Assembly: GCA_965198005.1 (NCBI GenBank)
Contig: CBDAOI010000004.1
Location: 864,001-928,000 of the forward strand
Direction of reading: 5' to 3'
Origin: Spirochaetia bacterium
Lineage (GTDB): Bacteria; Spirochaetota; Spirochaetia; SZUA-6; Bin103
DNA: 64,000 nucleotides
Translations under genes and position numbers: made by a program
Part shown: positions 20,939 through 31,502 of the stretch, in pieces
Numbering within the stretch: position 1 is the first letter of the stretch
Layout: every line of letters starts with the position of its first letter
Notes under the pieces: generated by a model
Database searches by the model: none
Told to the model about the DNA's origin: nothing
The model's input: the letters and a program-made list of their open reading frames with translations, nothing else

Positions 20939-21607
20939 GTGCCAGATTACCGTGACCTGCCATCGTATACGGTGTCGGAGGTAGCGCAATGCCTTTGTGT
21001 GCCACCAGCCACAGTACGCTATTGGGCAAAGGGGCGAGGCGATCACAAGCCGGTCATAGCTATACCCAACTACGACCTTCGGCCAACTCTGCTGTCCTTT
21101 TTTAATCTCGCGGAGCTACATGTACTCTCCTCAATCCGGCGCGAGCACAAAATCCCGCTTCCAAACGTGAGGGTCGCCCAAGAACACTTGATAGCGATCG
21201 CGCGTGAAGTATCAGAAAGCGGCCATCCGCTCATCAGCTATGAACTTCAGACGGACGGCCTCGATATATTCGTCGAGAGGGTCGGGGCGTTGATAAATGC
21301 AAGTAGGGGCGGCCAATACGAAATGCGTCCCCTTATGGAAGACGTATTCGCCCGTATTACAAGAGACAGTAGGCGCATACCGGTTAGACTACACTTGTTT
21401 CCTCGTGGCAACGACAATCCGGACATAGCTATCGTTGATCCGAATCTTGCTGGCGGGCGTCCAGTGCTAAACGGGACAGGTATACCGTTGCACGTGATTT
21501 CCGAGCGGTTCATAGCGGGCGATTCCGTCGAAGATCTGGCTTATGACTACAAGCGAAACTCAAAAGAGATTGAAGAAGCGATACGGTGGTGCCAGCCGGC
21601 AGCCTGA
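20939..21607 (+). CDS. HTH + DUF433 antitoxin (VapB45/Rv2018-like)
   Basis: YTVSEVAQCLCVPPATVRYW HTH; IVDPNLAGGRPVLNGTGIP...GDSVEDLAYDY DUF433. Confidence 0.85.
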   Translation: MPDYRDLPSYTVSEVAQCLCVPPATVRYWAKGRGDHKPVIAIPNYDLRPTLLSFFNLAELHVLSSIRREHKIPLPNVRVAQEHLIAIAREVSESGHPLISYELQTDGLDIFVERVGALINASRGGQYEMRPLMEDVFARITRDSRRIPVRLHLFPRGNDNPDIAIVDPNLAGGRPVLNGTGIPLHVISERFIAGDSVEDLAYDYKRNSKEIEEAIRWCQPAA

Positions 21608-21609
21608 CA

Positions 21610-21690
21610 CATACCGATGAAGAATGGATCAAGAAGGCGGGCAATAATGGATGGGTAGCGATAACGCGTGATTACAACGCACACCGTCAC
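21610..21690 (+). pseudogene. Remnant of the cognate PIN toxin (VapC45-like)
   Basis: Translates TDEEWIKKAGNNGWVAITRDY; both ends missing. Confidence 0.65.
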
Positions 21691-21856
21691 CATTCGTTGC
21701 AGGTCTAAGGGCGGACGGCACCATTACGAAGTACGACATTGAACATCGGCGGGCTGATGCAGACCAGGATTGCTTTGCCTAGGCCTAAGGCATATCTGGC
21801 TAACCTGGATGAATCTAGTGGTCGGGTATGTGGACGCCACCCTGAGGAGTGACACT

Positions 21857-22054
21857 ATGGCAACCGATCGGCCCGCAGGTGACTACGAACTTCGGACGAA
21901 GGATTCCGCCCCGCCCGTGGCGCAGCCGCCTGCGTATGACCCCCACTGGCGTGAGCGGATTGAGCGGGCCAGGAGCGCTCGGGAAGATGGACGCAAGGCG
22001 CGGCAGGGGAAGCCGATAGTCTTTCCGATTGATGATCCCCGGCCTCTGACTTGA
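21857..22054 (+). CDS. Small hypothetical protein
   Basis: gaggag RBS before ATG 21857; 65 aa; no recognised motif. Confidence 0.4.
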   Translation: MATDRPAGDYELRTKDSAPPVAQPPAYDPHWRERIERARSAREDGRKARQGKPIVFPIDDPRPLT

Positions 22055-22241
22055 GTCCCGGTCAATCCCCCGGAGACGCTCCGCGTTCCCCCCGTAGCCC
22101 GCTCTCGAGGGGCAGCATGCATTCGAAGAGACTCTTTACGACGCCGATCCTGAAGAAGACCTCCACCTGATGCTCGCTACGCCAGGCGGCGCCGGCGAAA
22201 CCGCGTTGCGGCTCGTGCGTCAAGCGCAGTCCCGCTGTGCC

Positions 22242-22269
22242 GCAAGTGCCGTGACGATCCGTTCGACGT
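22242..22269. repeat. Exact 28-bp copy of the znuA 3' region (18243..18270)
   Basis: gcaagtgccgtgacgatccgttcgacgt at both positions. Confidence 0.95.
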
Positions 22270-22315
22270 CTGGTGAGTACTGTTGTCAGGACTGCCCGTG
22301 CCGGCGGGGCGCCGG

Positions 22316-23421
22316 TCAGCGGGCCAGCCAAGCACTGAAGCGTTCGGTTATCTCGTCGCCGTGGTCGCTCCACCAGCGCCAGTCGTGGTGCAGGGCACGG
22401 GTCAGGTTGGCGGGCGTGGTCGGCATGTGCCGCGCCATCTCCACCCCCGTCTCCAGGTGGGTGCCGACCAGCGCCGTGCCGGAGCGGCGCACCGGACCGT
22501 ACGAGATGTAGCGGCTCACCGCCGCCATCGACTCCGGCCTGCCGGCGAAAGCGATGAACTTGCGGGCCGCCTCCAGGTTGCGGGTGCCGGCGACGATCAC
22601 GAGCTGGCTGTTGTCCAGGATCTGGCCGTCCCACACGATCTCGAACGGCTGGTTCTCCAGCACCTGGGCATTGAAGATGCGGCCGTTGTAGGCGGTGCTC
22701 ATCACCAACTCGCCGTCGGCCAGCATCTGCGGCGGCTGCGCCCCCGTTTCCCACCACACGATCTGGTCCTTGATCGTGTCGAGCTTGCGGAACGCGCGGT
22801 CCACTCCCTCCGGCGTGTCGAGCGTGGCGTACACCTCGTCCAGCGGCACGCCGTCGGCCAGCAGCGCGATCTCCAGGTTGTCGCTTGGCACGCGCCGCAT
22901 GCCGCGCCGCCCCGGGAACCGCTCCAGGTCGAAGAAGTCCTCGATCGTGGACGGCTTTGCGTCCGGGAAGTGCTCCGGGTGATACGCGTAGATGGAGGAG
23001 AAGAAGATCGTCCCGATCCCGCAGTCGGTGAGCGTCCCGGCGACGAAGTCCTCCTCCGCCGGGGTGCCGTCCGCACCGGGCGGCAGGTCGCCGGCGTCGA
23101 TGAACTCCAACAAGCCCTCGTCGCAGCCGAGCACCGCGTCGGCGACGTTGAGGTCGACCACGTCCCAGTATACGTTGCCGGTCTCCACCTGCGCGCGGAT
23201 CTGGGCGAGGCCGCCGTTGTAATCCTCCAGCCGCACCTCGATCCCGGTGGCGGCGGTGAACGGCTCGTGATACGCCTGCTGGCAGGCGCGGGCATAGGAG
23301 CCGCCGAAGGCCGTCAGCGGCTGGTCGGCCGCCAGCGGCATGGCTCAGGGTCAGCGCGGCGTAGCAACGCAGCCGCAGTCCCGGCAAGCAAGCGCCGAGC
23401 GCGCGATTGGATCGGTCTCAT
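22316..23421 (-). pseudogene. PotD/PotF-like ABC substrate-binding protein, signal-peptide region frameshifted
   Basis: GGSY, WDVVD, DFFDLERFPGRRG, AYNGRI; upstream MRPIQSRARRLLAGTAAALL is out of frame; no permease or ATPase adjacent. Confidence 0.75.
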
Positions 23422-24145
23422 GCGCCCATCATCCCGCTACGCAACCCTGAGTGCAAGTATTCTCCCCGCGTGCCCGTGATGGCAGGTGTTCGCACTCTTC
23501 GGCCCTCGTTCCGGTCTCGTGGTCGGCTGGGCCGCTACCATCTGCGGTCCGGCACGTCTGAAACACCGGCGTCGGCCCGCCCGCACCTGCCGTTGCGGAC
23601 GCCGGATCAGCGAACATTTCCGCCTCGACCAACTCGTTGATCCGCCTGACACCGGCGGCGTCGGTCTGAACGAATCGCGACAGTTTGGTGCGCTCCGCGA
23701 ATGCTCTTGCAACCACGCCGGTCGCGTCGTGCACAATGCTCTGGGCGTAGGCCTCAAATTGACCGGTCAACGCAGCACGGCCGTGTGGCAGCTCGACCAT
23801 GCGCGGCGGGCGCGCGCGCATCCCGCCGGCAGGCGGCGGGCTTGGGTGGGCGATTTTGGATTCTCGGTGCCACATCGCGCTCAACCTACTTCGCGCAGCG
23901 TCTGGAAATTGCGAACCACAAGGTAGCGCGCGTATGCGTTGCATGGATCCGTTGTGCGTGCCACCATCGAATCAGCGGACGATCGTCTTCCTCTCGGGAG
24001 GTAGGGTCAGGCTCAGGCGAGTACGTCGCCTGCGTCGGCCGTGCTCCGAGCTGACGGCGCGATTCGCCAACCACATTGACCAAGGCGCGCTGGCAGCCTG
24101 TCTTCGGCCGGGGAATCCGATGTCGGCCGCTGTCGGAGGAATGAA

Positions 24146-26263
24146 ATGTCGAATGTCGAGGCCGCGCAGAAGGCGTCAGCCGTACTACCGTCGGGCGCTG
24201 TCGACCGTTGGCGCGAGCGCTGGCAGCAAGCGCAGCGCGATAGGACATGGATTGAGCGGTACAGACTCCGAGACGCCAAGCGCAAGCAGATTCTTCCCGA
24301 AATCAGTGAGCTCGTGAAGCGGTTCCTCGACCGCGACTTGGCGATTCCCGAGTTCAGGGAGACCTTCGACCGCAAGACGAAGAACGAATGGGACCTGTTC
24401 GGCCTGAAGGGCCTGTCGGGAGCGATGTTCCTGAACAAGCTGGTCAAGCACCTGTCCGACCATGACGAACTCAAGCGCGAATTGCAGGCTGCGCTCGCGG
24501 TTCCCGTCGACGATGCGGCAGCGCGCCTTCAGATCGACGACCTGACAAGATACCTGGACCGGAAGATCGAAGAAGGTTCGGCGACCCGAGCCGACCTGCA
24601 ACCGAACCGTGCGCCATTCCTCGTCAGTGCGATTTGGCACGTGCAGCACTGGGACCGATGGCCGATCATCTACTTCTCCGCGAGGAAGGCGCTTACGATG
24701 GACGGTGTGCTCGGCAATGGCGGAACCGGGGGCGACGGTTACCTGGAATTCTCGCGCGTGTTCACGGCGCTGGCTGATGGAGTCGACATCTCGTTCTGGG
24801 ATCTTGAGCACCTCTGCTCCCGCGTTGAGACTGCCGCGGCTGACGCAGACGACGAAGGGCAGGTATCCGTCGAAGAAGAGGATGCCTCCCAGGGAGGAAG
24901 ATTGTGGCTGTTCTTGCCCGGACGCGCGGCATCGCAATTCGACCGGTTCTACCAAGAAGGCATCATGGCAATTGGTTGGGACTCGCTCGGAGACCTCTCC
25001 AACTATGCGGATCGAGATGCGATACGGCGTGCGCTCCACGACAAGGAGGGCGGCAATATTAACCGGAAGCACGATGCACTCGCGTGCTACCAGTTTGCCC
25101 ATGAGATGCAGGTTGGAGACATCATATTTGCGAAGCGCGGGCGGCGGCAAATCGTCGGCTACGGGCTCGTAGCTTCCGAGTATCGGCACGAGCCTCAACG
25201 GAGTGGCTTTACGCACGTGCGATCGATCGAATGGAAAAAGCGGGGAGAATGGGAGCCGCGGGAGCGTCCGCTCGTGACGAAGACCCTTACTGAGATCGGA
25301 AAGTACCCCGACCTCGTCGCGGACATACGCCGCGCATTAGGGCTACTGGACGACGGCGATGACGAAGACAGACCTGAATTTCGACCACCGTACCTTCTCG
25401 AAGACGCCGTCGGCGAGGTATTCATGTCGCGAGCACAGATCGAGGAAGCGCTCGCGCTGCTCAAGTACAAGAAGAACCTCGTGTTGCAGGGCCCCCCGGG
25501 TGTCGGGAAGACGTTCGTTGCCAAGCGCGTGGCATACTTGCTGGTTGGCGAGAAGGATCCGAAGCGCATCTCCCAGGTACAATTTCACCAGTCGTATGCC
25601 TACGAAGACTTCGTGCAAGGCTATCGGCCGGTCGACGATGGTAGATTCGCTCTCGCCGACGGCCCATTCGTGCGCTTCTGCGATCAAGCTCTGCAGGATC
25701 CGGAGTCGCCCTACGTGTTGCTGATCGACGAAATCAACCGCGGGAATCTCAGCAAGATCTTCGGCGAACTGCTGCTGCTCATCGAGGCGGACAAGCGCAA
25801 TTCAACGTGGGCGACGACGCTTGCGTACGCGAAGGAGGATGACGCACCCTTCTACGTCCCGAACAACCTCCACATCATCGGCACGATGAACACTGCCGAC
25901 CGATCCCTGGCATTGGTGGACTACGCGTTGCGGCGTCGCTTCGCATTCTTCGACGTGGAACCCGCGTTCGAACATGACGGCTTTGTTCGTAGGCTGGCAA
26001 GTCTCGCCGTGGAGGCCGCATTGCGCAATCGCATTGTCGAACGATTCAAGCTGCTGAACAAACGAATCGTGGATGACCAGAATCTGGGCAGCGGTTTCCG
26101 CGTTGGCCATAGTTACTTCTGCCACACTGACGGAGGAACGGCGGACGAGGCGTGGTACCGGCGCATTATCCGGACCGAGATCAGGCCGCTCCTGCAGGAG
26201 TATTGGTTCGATAACGCCGACCGCGCGGACGACGAGGTAGCGAACTTGTCCGGCGATGACTGA
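24146..26263 (+). CDS. mcrB: McrB-family AAA+ GTPase, modification-dependent restriction
   Basis: GPPGVGKT, QFHQSYAYEDF, IDEINRGN, MNTADRS, LRRRF, GHSYF. Confidence 0.93.
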   Translation: MSNVEAAQKASAVLPSGAVDRWRERWQQAQRDRTWIERYRLRDAKRKQILPEISELVKRFLDRDLAIPEFRETFDRKTKNEWDLFGLKGLSGAMFLNKLVKHLSDHDELKRELQAALAVPVDDAAARLQIDDLTRYLDRKIEEGSATRADLQPNRAPFLVSAIWHVQHWDRWPIIYFSARKALTMDGVLGNGGTGGDGYLEFSRVFTALADGVDISFWDLEHLCSRVETAAADADDEGQVSVEEEDASQGGRLWLFLPGRAASQFDRFYQEGIMAIGWDSLGDLSNYADRDAIRRALHDKEGGNINRKHDALACYQFAHEMQVGDIIFAKRGRRQIVGYGLVASEYRHEPQRSGFTHVRSIEWKKRGEWEPRERPLVTKTLTEIGKYPDLVADIRRALGLLDDGDDEDRPEFRPPYLLEDAVGEVFMSRAQIEEALALLKYKKNLVLQGPPGVGKTFVAKRVAYLLVGEKDPKRISQVQFHQSYAYEDFVQGYRPVDDGRFALADGPFVRFCDQALQDPESPYVLLIDEINRGNLSKIFGELLLLIEADKRNSTWATTLAYAKEDDAPFYVPNNLHIIGTMNTADRSLALVDYALRRRFAFFDVEPAFEHDGFVRRLASLAVEAALRNRIVERFKLLNKRIVDDQNLGSGFRVGHSYFCHTDGGTADEAWYRRIIRTEIRPLLQEYWFDNADRADDEVANLSGDD

Positions 26264-26265
26264 CG

Positions 26266-27303
26266 GTGGCGGTTCCCGTTAGGAACATCTACTACCTGCT
26301 GTGTTACGCATGGGATCGGCTCGAGGCGCGCGATCTGATTGACGTGGGCGCCGTGTCCGGCAACCGCATCGAGAACCTGCTTGGCTCGGTCCTGTCTCAC
26401 GCAGTCGCGGATCTGATCCGTCGCGGTCTTGACCGAGGCTACGTCCCGTTTGAGGAGGAAGGGCGCCGGTTGCGCGGCAAACTGTTGCTGTCGGAAGTAG
26501 TAAAGCGGTCGCTGCTGCCGCGCGGTCGCGTCGTCTGCCACATCGACGAACTCAGCCATGACGTGCCGCACAACCGGTTGATCAAAGCAGCCATGGCCGC
26601 GTTGGTTGGCTTGCCGAGGCTGGATCAGGAACTGCGGGTTGGGCTGGGCAGTCTTGGGCGCCGCATGGATACCGTCACCGACGTAGAGCTGACTTCCGCG
26701 GCTTTCCGTAACGTGCAGCTGCATCGCAACGTTGGGCGCTACGCCTTCGTGGTGAACGTATGCAGCCTCATCGCACGCAGCCTTCTGCCCGATGAGAAGA
26801 CCGGCGGCAAGCGCTTCCATCCATTCACCACCAGCGAGCAGCAAATGGGCCTGCTGTTCCAGGCATTCGTTCGAAACTTCCTCCAGCGCGAGCAGGACGT
26901 GTTCCAGGTCTCAGGGCGCTCGGTGCCGTGGGACATCGACCCGGCGGACGGATCGGACTGTTCGTGGCTGCCACAGATGTTGGTGGATGTGATGCTGACC
27001 AGCTCCGACCGGCGCGTGGTTGTCGAGACGAAGTACTACGCTACGCCATACCGGAGGCACTTCGGAACGAGGAAGCTCATCTCCGGTCATCTCTACCAGC
27101 TTCTCACGTACCTGTCGCAGCTTCACGCCACTCCGGGACCGGCGCCCGTCGGTGTGCTCCTGTACGCGGGGGCACGAGAGCAACAGCGGCTTGATTATCG
27201 GCTGGGCGTTCATAAGCTGCTCGTTCGGAGCGTCGACCTGAATCGCGACTGGCGTGACATCCACCGGAGACTGATCTCGCTCGCGCATGAGCTTGGGCAA
27301 TAG
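26266..27303 (+). CDS. mcrC: McrC nuclease subunit
   Basis: VPVRNIYYLLCYAW, LFQAFVRNF, DVML...VVETKYY, LYQLLTY. Confidence 0.92.
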   Translation: MAVPVRNIYYLLCYAWDRLEARDLIDVGAVSGNRIENLLGSVLSHAVADLIRRGLDRGYVPFEEEGRRLRGKLLLSEVVKRSLLPRGRVVCHIDELSHDVPHNRLIKAAMAALVGLPRLDQELRVGLGSLGRRMDTVTDVELTSAAFRNVQLHRNVGRYAFVVNVCSLIARSLLPDEKTGGKRFHPFTTSEQQMGLLFQAFVRNFLQREQDVFQVSGRSVPWDIDPADGSDCSWLPQMLVDVMLTSSDRRVVVETKYYATPYRRHFGTRKLISGHLYQLLTYLSQLHATPGPAPVGVLLYAGAREQQRLDYRLGVHKLLVRSVDLNRDWRDIHRRLISLAHELGQ

Positions 27304-27569
27304 ACTCCGTGGGGCCTCTGAGGGGCCAAAATGCTCGACCGACGGGCCCCGCCGAGGGCCGCACGCGCAACCCAGCGTTCAACCGCCGTGGGACGGCAAG
27401 CGGCGGGCGAGGTTCGTGCGCCCCAAGACCGGCAGGGGGCTCCGCCCGCTCGTGCTGTGGGGTGGCGGCAGGTCACCCCGCAAGGGCCGTAGCGCAGCGA
27501 AGGAGCAGCGGAGCCGATCCGGGGTATGTCTGGCCACCACTCCCGGTAGCGCACATCCTTGGCGTACAC

Positions 27570-28145
27570 CTAGCCGAGGGTGCGCCGCGCTTTCGCCTCC
27601 TGCTGCAGGTCTCGCTTGAGTGCGGCACTGTTGCGGGGATTGATCAGCTGCTGACGCTGCAGACGGCTCGGCTCCTTGGGCCGTTCCTCGCCCTTGCGGG
27701 GGCGCCCGCGCTTGCGGTTCGGCTTGGCTGGCTGCTTTGGCTTCGGAGTCGGCTTCTCGCGCCCCTCGATCGCCGTCGCATCGCGTGACACATGACCGAC
27801 CAACTGCTCCTGCATGGTGCTCTCGATCAGCGCCTCGTGCAGACGGCTCGGCAGGGCTCCCTCAGCGAACCCGGCAAAGGCACGCGAGAAGGTCGCCTCG
27901 CTGGGGATCGCCCGTATACTACTCCAGCCGCACAGGTAGCGTAGCGCCCGGTCGTTGGCCAGCCGTTCAAGCAGTGCCCTGGTCGTGTCGATCTGGAACA
28001 CCGCCTTGGCGATGAAGGCGCGCGCCATCGCCACACGATCCTGTTGCGGGCGACCGCGCAGGGTACGAAAACAGGGCAGATGTTGTTCCACCCGCACCAA
28101 CTCGAGGACGGCGATGAAAGACTGTCTCCGTTCGGCCGCTCCCAT
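27570..28145 (-). mobile_element. Truncated DDE transposase (IS5/IS1182-like, DUF772 region)
   Basis: RAFIAKAV, LCGW...PSEATFSRAF, SRDATAIE; catalytic C-terminal half absent. Confidence 0.75.
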
Positions 28146-28198
28146 CGCCGGCCGAGCGCCGCCGTTGCACGTTTTGGAAAAATCGTTATCTTATCGCC

Positions 28199-29767
28199 AT
28201 GGGCGCACGCTGGGGCTTCTACGGACGCACGGAAGAGCTTGGCGCTGTTCTGGAGCGGATGCGCGAACGGCGCTGGTTCTTCGGCGCCATTCGTGGACGC
28301 CGTAGAATCGGCAAGACGGCACTCATCCAGCAGGCGCTCACCACCTTCGCGGAGGATGAAGCCGCGGGGCGCCGGGTGCTGCTGGTGCAGATCCCTGACA
28401 GCAGCCCGGCGGACTTGGCCGCGGTATTCCGCAGCGGAGTGCGGGAAGCGGACCTGGAACGCCATCTCGACGCTTCCCTGATCCGCGACCTGCCCGGGGT
28501 GGCGGCCGCCGTGGGCGCGCTGTGTGCGGCGGGAGTCGTCGTGGTCCTCGACGAGTTTCAGATTTGCCATCGCGGGCCGCTGCGCGGTCTGCCCTCGTTG
28601 CTGCAGGCGCAGGTGGATCGCCTTCAGGATCGGGACGCTGCCGGCGGCCTGATCGTGCTCGGCTCCGTCCAGGCGGAGATGGAAGCGCTCCTCTACGATC
28701 GGCGGGCGCCGCTGTTCGGGCGCACGACGTTCGATCTCCGCCTCGCTCCGTGGGACCTTCGCACGGTGTTCGAAGTGTGCCTTGATCATGGCGCCGGAGC
28801 CCCGGAGCGTTGCCTGACTCTGTGGACGCTGTTCGGCGGGGTCCCGAAGTACTGGCGGCACTTCGCCGAAACGGATGGTCTGGACGCCATTCCGGAGTGG
28901 GAACCATGGGCGCACCAAGTATGCGAGCGGCTGTTTCTGCATGCGGACTCGCCCTTGCGTGAGGAAGGCGAAACCCTTCTGGCACGCGAGTTACACCGCA
29001 ACTACCTTGCCATCTTGCGCACCGTGGCCGAGCGCAGGAGCTGCACCCATGGCGAGATACAGGATGCGCTGCCGGAACTCACCAGTCTGGGACCGTATCT
29101 GACCACCCTGACCCACGACCTCAGGCTCCTTGAAAAGCAGCTTCCGATGTTCGCCGAAGCGCGCCAGCGGCGAGCGCGTTACGTCGTGTCCGACGCGTTC
29201 CTCGGCGCGTGGCTCAACGTGATGCAGCCGGCGTGCCAGGCTGCGCGCATCCAGCCCGCCTCTCAAGTTGCGGAGCGCTTGTTGCCGCGACTCGCGACGC
29301 TCGAGGGGCATGCGTTCGAGCGCCTGGTGCGGGACGCGAGCGAGGAAGCATCCCACGCCGGCGCTGGGGACTTTCCGATGACCGATCGCGTTCGGGGATA
29401 CTGGAACCGACCTCAGCCAACTCCGGCAACCATCGAGATCGACTTGGTCGCGTGGAATGACGCAGAGCGACGCGTGCGCTTCGGATCCTGCAAGAGGAAT
29501 TCCGCAGCTCACGATGCCACGTCGCGGCGCGAGTTCCACGGCCACGTGGATCGGTTTCTCTCCACCAAGGAAGGCAGACGGTTCCGTGAGTGGCACCGAG
29601 AGCTGGTGCTGTTCTCGCCGGAGTTTTCCGCGCAACAGCGCGCACGCCTGGAAGCCGACCATTGGATCTGCCGCGACCTGCTCGACTTTCAGCGCATGCT
29701 CCTGCCTGCAGCACGCGGAACGAACGGTACCTTGCCTCCTGCACCCAAGGTCGCCGGAGCAGAATGA
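28199..29767 (+). CDS. Archaeal-type ATPase with winged helix and DUF234-like PD-(D/E)xK C-terminus
   Basis: FYGRTEEL, GRRRIGKT, VLDEFQ, GGVPKY, GYW...EIDLVA...GSCK. Confidence 0.85.
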   Translation: MGARWGFYGRTEELGAVLERMRERRWFFGAIRGRRRIGKTALIQQALTTFAEDEAAGRRVLLVQIPDSSPADLAAVFRSGVREADLERHLDASLIRDLPGVAAAVGALCAAGVVVVLDEFQICHRGPLRGLPSLLQAQVDRLQDRDAAGGLIVLGSVQAEMEALLYDRRAPLFGRTTFDLRLAPWDLRTVFEVCLDHGAGAPERCLTLWTLFGGVPKYWRHFAETDGLDAIPEWEPWAHQVCERLFLHADSPLREEGETLLARELHRNYLAILRTVAERRSCTHGEIQDALPELTSLGPYLTTLTHDLRLLEKQLPMFAEARQRRARYVVSDAFLGAWLNVMQPACQAARIQPASQVAERLLPRLATLEGHAFERLVRDASEEASHAGAGDFPMTDRVRGYWNRPQPTPATIEIDLVAWNDAERRVRFGSCKRNSAAHDATSRREFHGHVDRFLSTKEGRRFREWHRELVLFSPEFSAQQRARLEADHWICRDLLDFQRMLLPAARGTNGTLPPAPKVAGAE

Positions 29768-30519
29768 TGGCGCACACGACCACCTGTGAGTTGAGGGTCG
29801 AGAACGGCAACTGGGGTGGCACGAGCCTCAGAACGATAACTGCGGTGCTGACCTCCGCAGCCGACGTCCTGCTCCATGCGTTTGGAAGGTCGCCAGATGC
29901 TCCGATCCAGGTCGCCTGGTGGAGTCAGGATCCTCGGGTGTTTGATGATCGCCGGCCATACCAGATCCGGCTGAACGCTCGCGACAGGTACTGGTGTCAG
30001 TTCGTCTACCAGTTTTGCCATGAGCTCTGTCACGTGATGATCAACTTCGACCGCTACCCGGGCCACAAACACCGCTGGTTCGATGAGAGCCTCTGCGAGC
30101 TGGCGTCGCTCTTCGTGTTGCATCGACTGGCGGCTAGCTGGACCGCCGAGCCGCCCCCGAACGTCACCGGGGCGGCCGCTTTCGCACCGCATCACCGAGC
30201 CTACGCCGAGTACCTCGCGCACCAGTACCCGCGGCCCCGCCAGGACGAGTTTCCGTGCTGGTTAACTGACAACGTCGCCACGCTCCAGAGCAACCGCTAT
30301 GCGCGAACACTCACCGGCACCGTGGCCGTCATCCTGCTGGACAGGTTTCTCGCCGATCCCGCCCTGTGGCGGGAGTGCGGCCACCTGAACGCCTGGGACC
30401 CCCACACCGATCCGACGTTCCGGGACTACCTCCACTCTTGGGACGCGCATCTGCGCGAGTACGGCCCCCGCAGCAGGTTGCCGTCCGTTATCGCCGACCT
30501 GTTCAAGCTCAACCCGTAA
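29764..30519 (+). CDS. Hypothetical protein with HExxH zincin-like motif
   Basis: YQFCHELCHV followed by WFDESLCE. Confidence 0.65.
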   Translation: MMAHTTTCELRVENGNWGGTSLRTITAVLTSAADVLLHAFGRSPDAPIQVAWWSQDPRVFDDRRPYQIRLNARDRYWCQFVYQFCHELCHVMINFDRYPGHKHRWFDESLCELASLFVLHRLAASWTAEPPPNVTGAAAFAPHHRAYAEYLAHQYPRPRQDEFPCWLTDNVATLQSNRYARTLTGTVAVILLDRFLADPALWRECGHLNAWDPHTDPTFRDYLHSWDAHLREYGPRSRLPSVIADLFKLNP

Positions 30520-30808
30520 TTGCGCAACCGGCGCAACGGGGCCGACGCGCCCACCGATGAACGCATCGACGTGATGCTCGTAGCCCGCCATCTCAGGTGG
30601 CGTATACTGTGGACCGACTTCCATGGACAACCGCATGATCATGACCGAGCACGCCGGCCTCACCTTCATGTATCGGGTCGGCGGGATCAGTCCTCCGGGA
30701 GAGGTCTTGGTGCTCGGCTCCCCGTTGACGCGCGCGACCAGCGTCAAGAAGCCGGTGGGAAACATGCGTACGGGGTAGGCGCCGGCTGAGGCGGTCGGCC
30801 CGGGCAGC

Positions 30809-31395
30809 TCAGGAAGTACCGATCGACAGGAGATTGACCAGGGGCTCGTACAGCTCCTCGAGATAGTCGACGTCGTCCTGCTCCAGGGTGAGCTCGGTCC
30901 CGGCGATCAGATCTTCGATCTGCCCGGCCTGCGAGGCGCCGACGATGGGAGCGGTGATGCCCGGCTTGCTCAGCAGCCAGGCAATGCAGATCTGGGCGCG
31001 CGAGGTGCCGTACTTGGCTGCTACTTCCGCTACCCGCTCGGCAATCTTAAAATCCCGCTGGCCGCGGTACAGTCCTGCGGTGCGCAGCCGGTCCCGTCCT
31101 TGGGAGCGAGGGGTCGAACCCTGATCGAATCCGCCCCGATAGGAGCCGGGCAGCACGCCCCGCGCCAGCGGCGACCAGGGAGTGAGCGCGACCTTCGTCC
31201 AACCGTGCAGCTGCGCGGTGAGCTGCAGCTCCGCGAACTGCCAGGCGAACATGGTTGACCCGCCCAGGTAGAGCACCTTGCCCGCCCGCACCATGTCGTG
31301 CAGCGCCTCCAGGGTCTCTTTGATCGGGACTGCGACGTGGCCCGCTACCCCGTGCGGATGGCGGTGGATCACCAGCACGTCAATGTAGTCGTGGC
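30809..31395 (-). pseudogene. Aldo/keto reductase fragment
   Basis: DYIDVLVIH, GKVLYLG, WSPLARG, PIVGAS; N-terminus and an internal block missing. Confidence 0.8.
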
Positions 31396-31399
31396 CCGC

Positions 31400-31502
31400 G
31401 GTCTGGGCTTTGGTCAAGCCGCGCGTATTCGCCGCCTACGTGGGCACCGCGCTGGCCGGCGCAGTGACCGCCGGCGTCGCCTGGAACCTGATCGCCCGGT
31501 GA
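31400..31502 (+). pseudogene. C-terminal fragment of a membrane permease (ArsP/DUF318-like)
   Basis: WALVKPRVFAAYVGTALAGAVTAGVAWNLIAR*; converges on the leuC fragment. Confidence 0.45.

Noticed and set aside
23430-24140. Several overlapping ORFs upstream of mcrB
   Set aside because: No recognisable motif or consistent frame; probably decayed fragments
27304-27560. Integron attC site
   Set aside because: No clear RYYYAAC...GTTRRRY pair bounding the hairpins and no integron integrase
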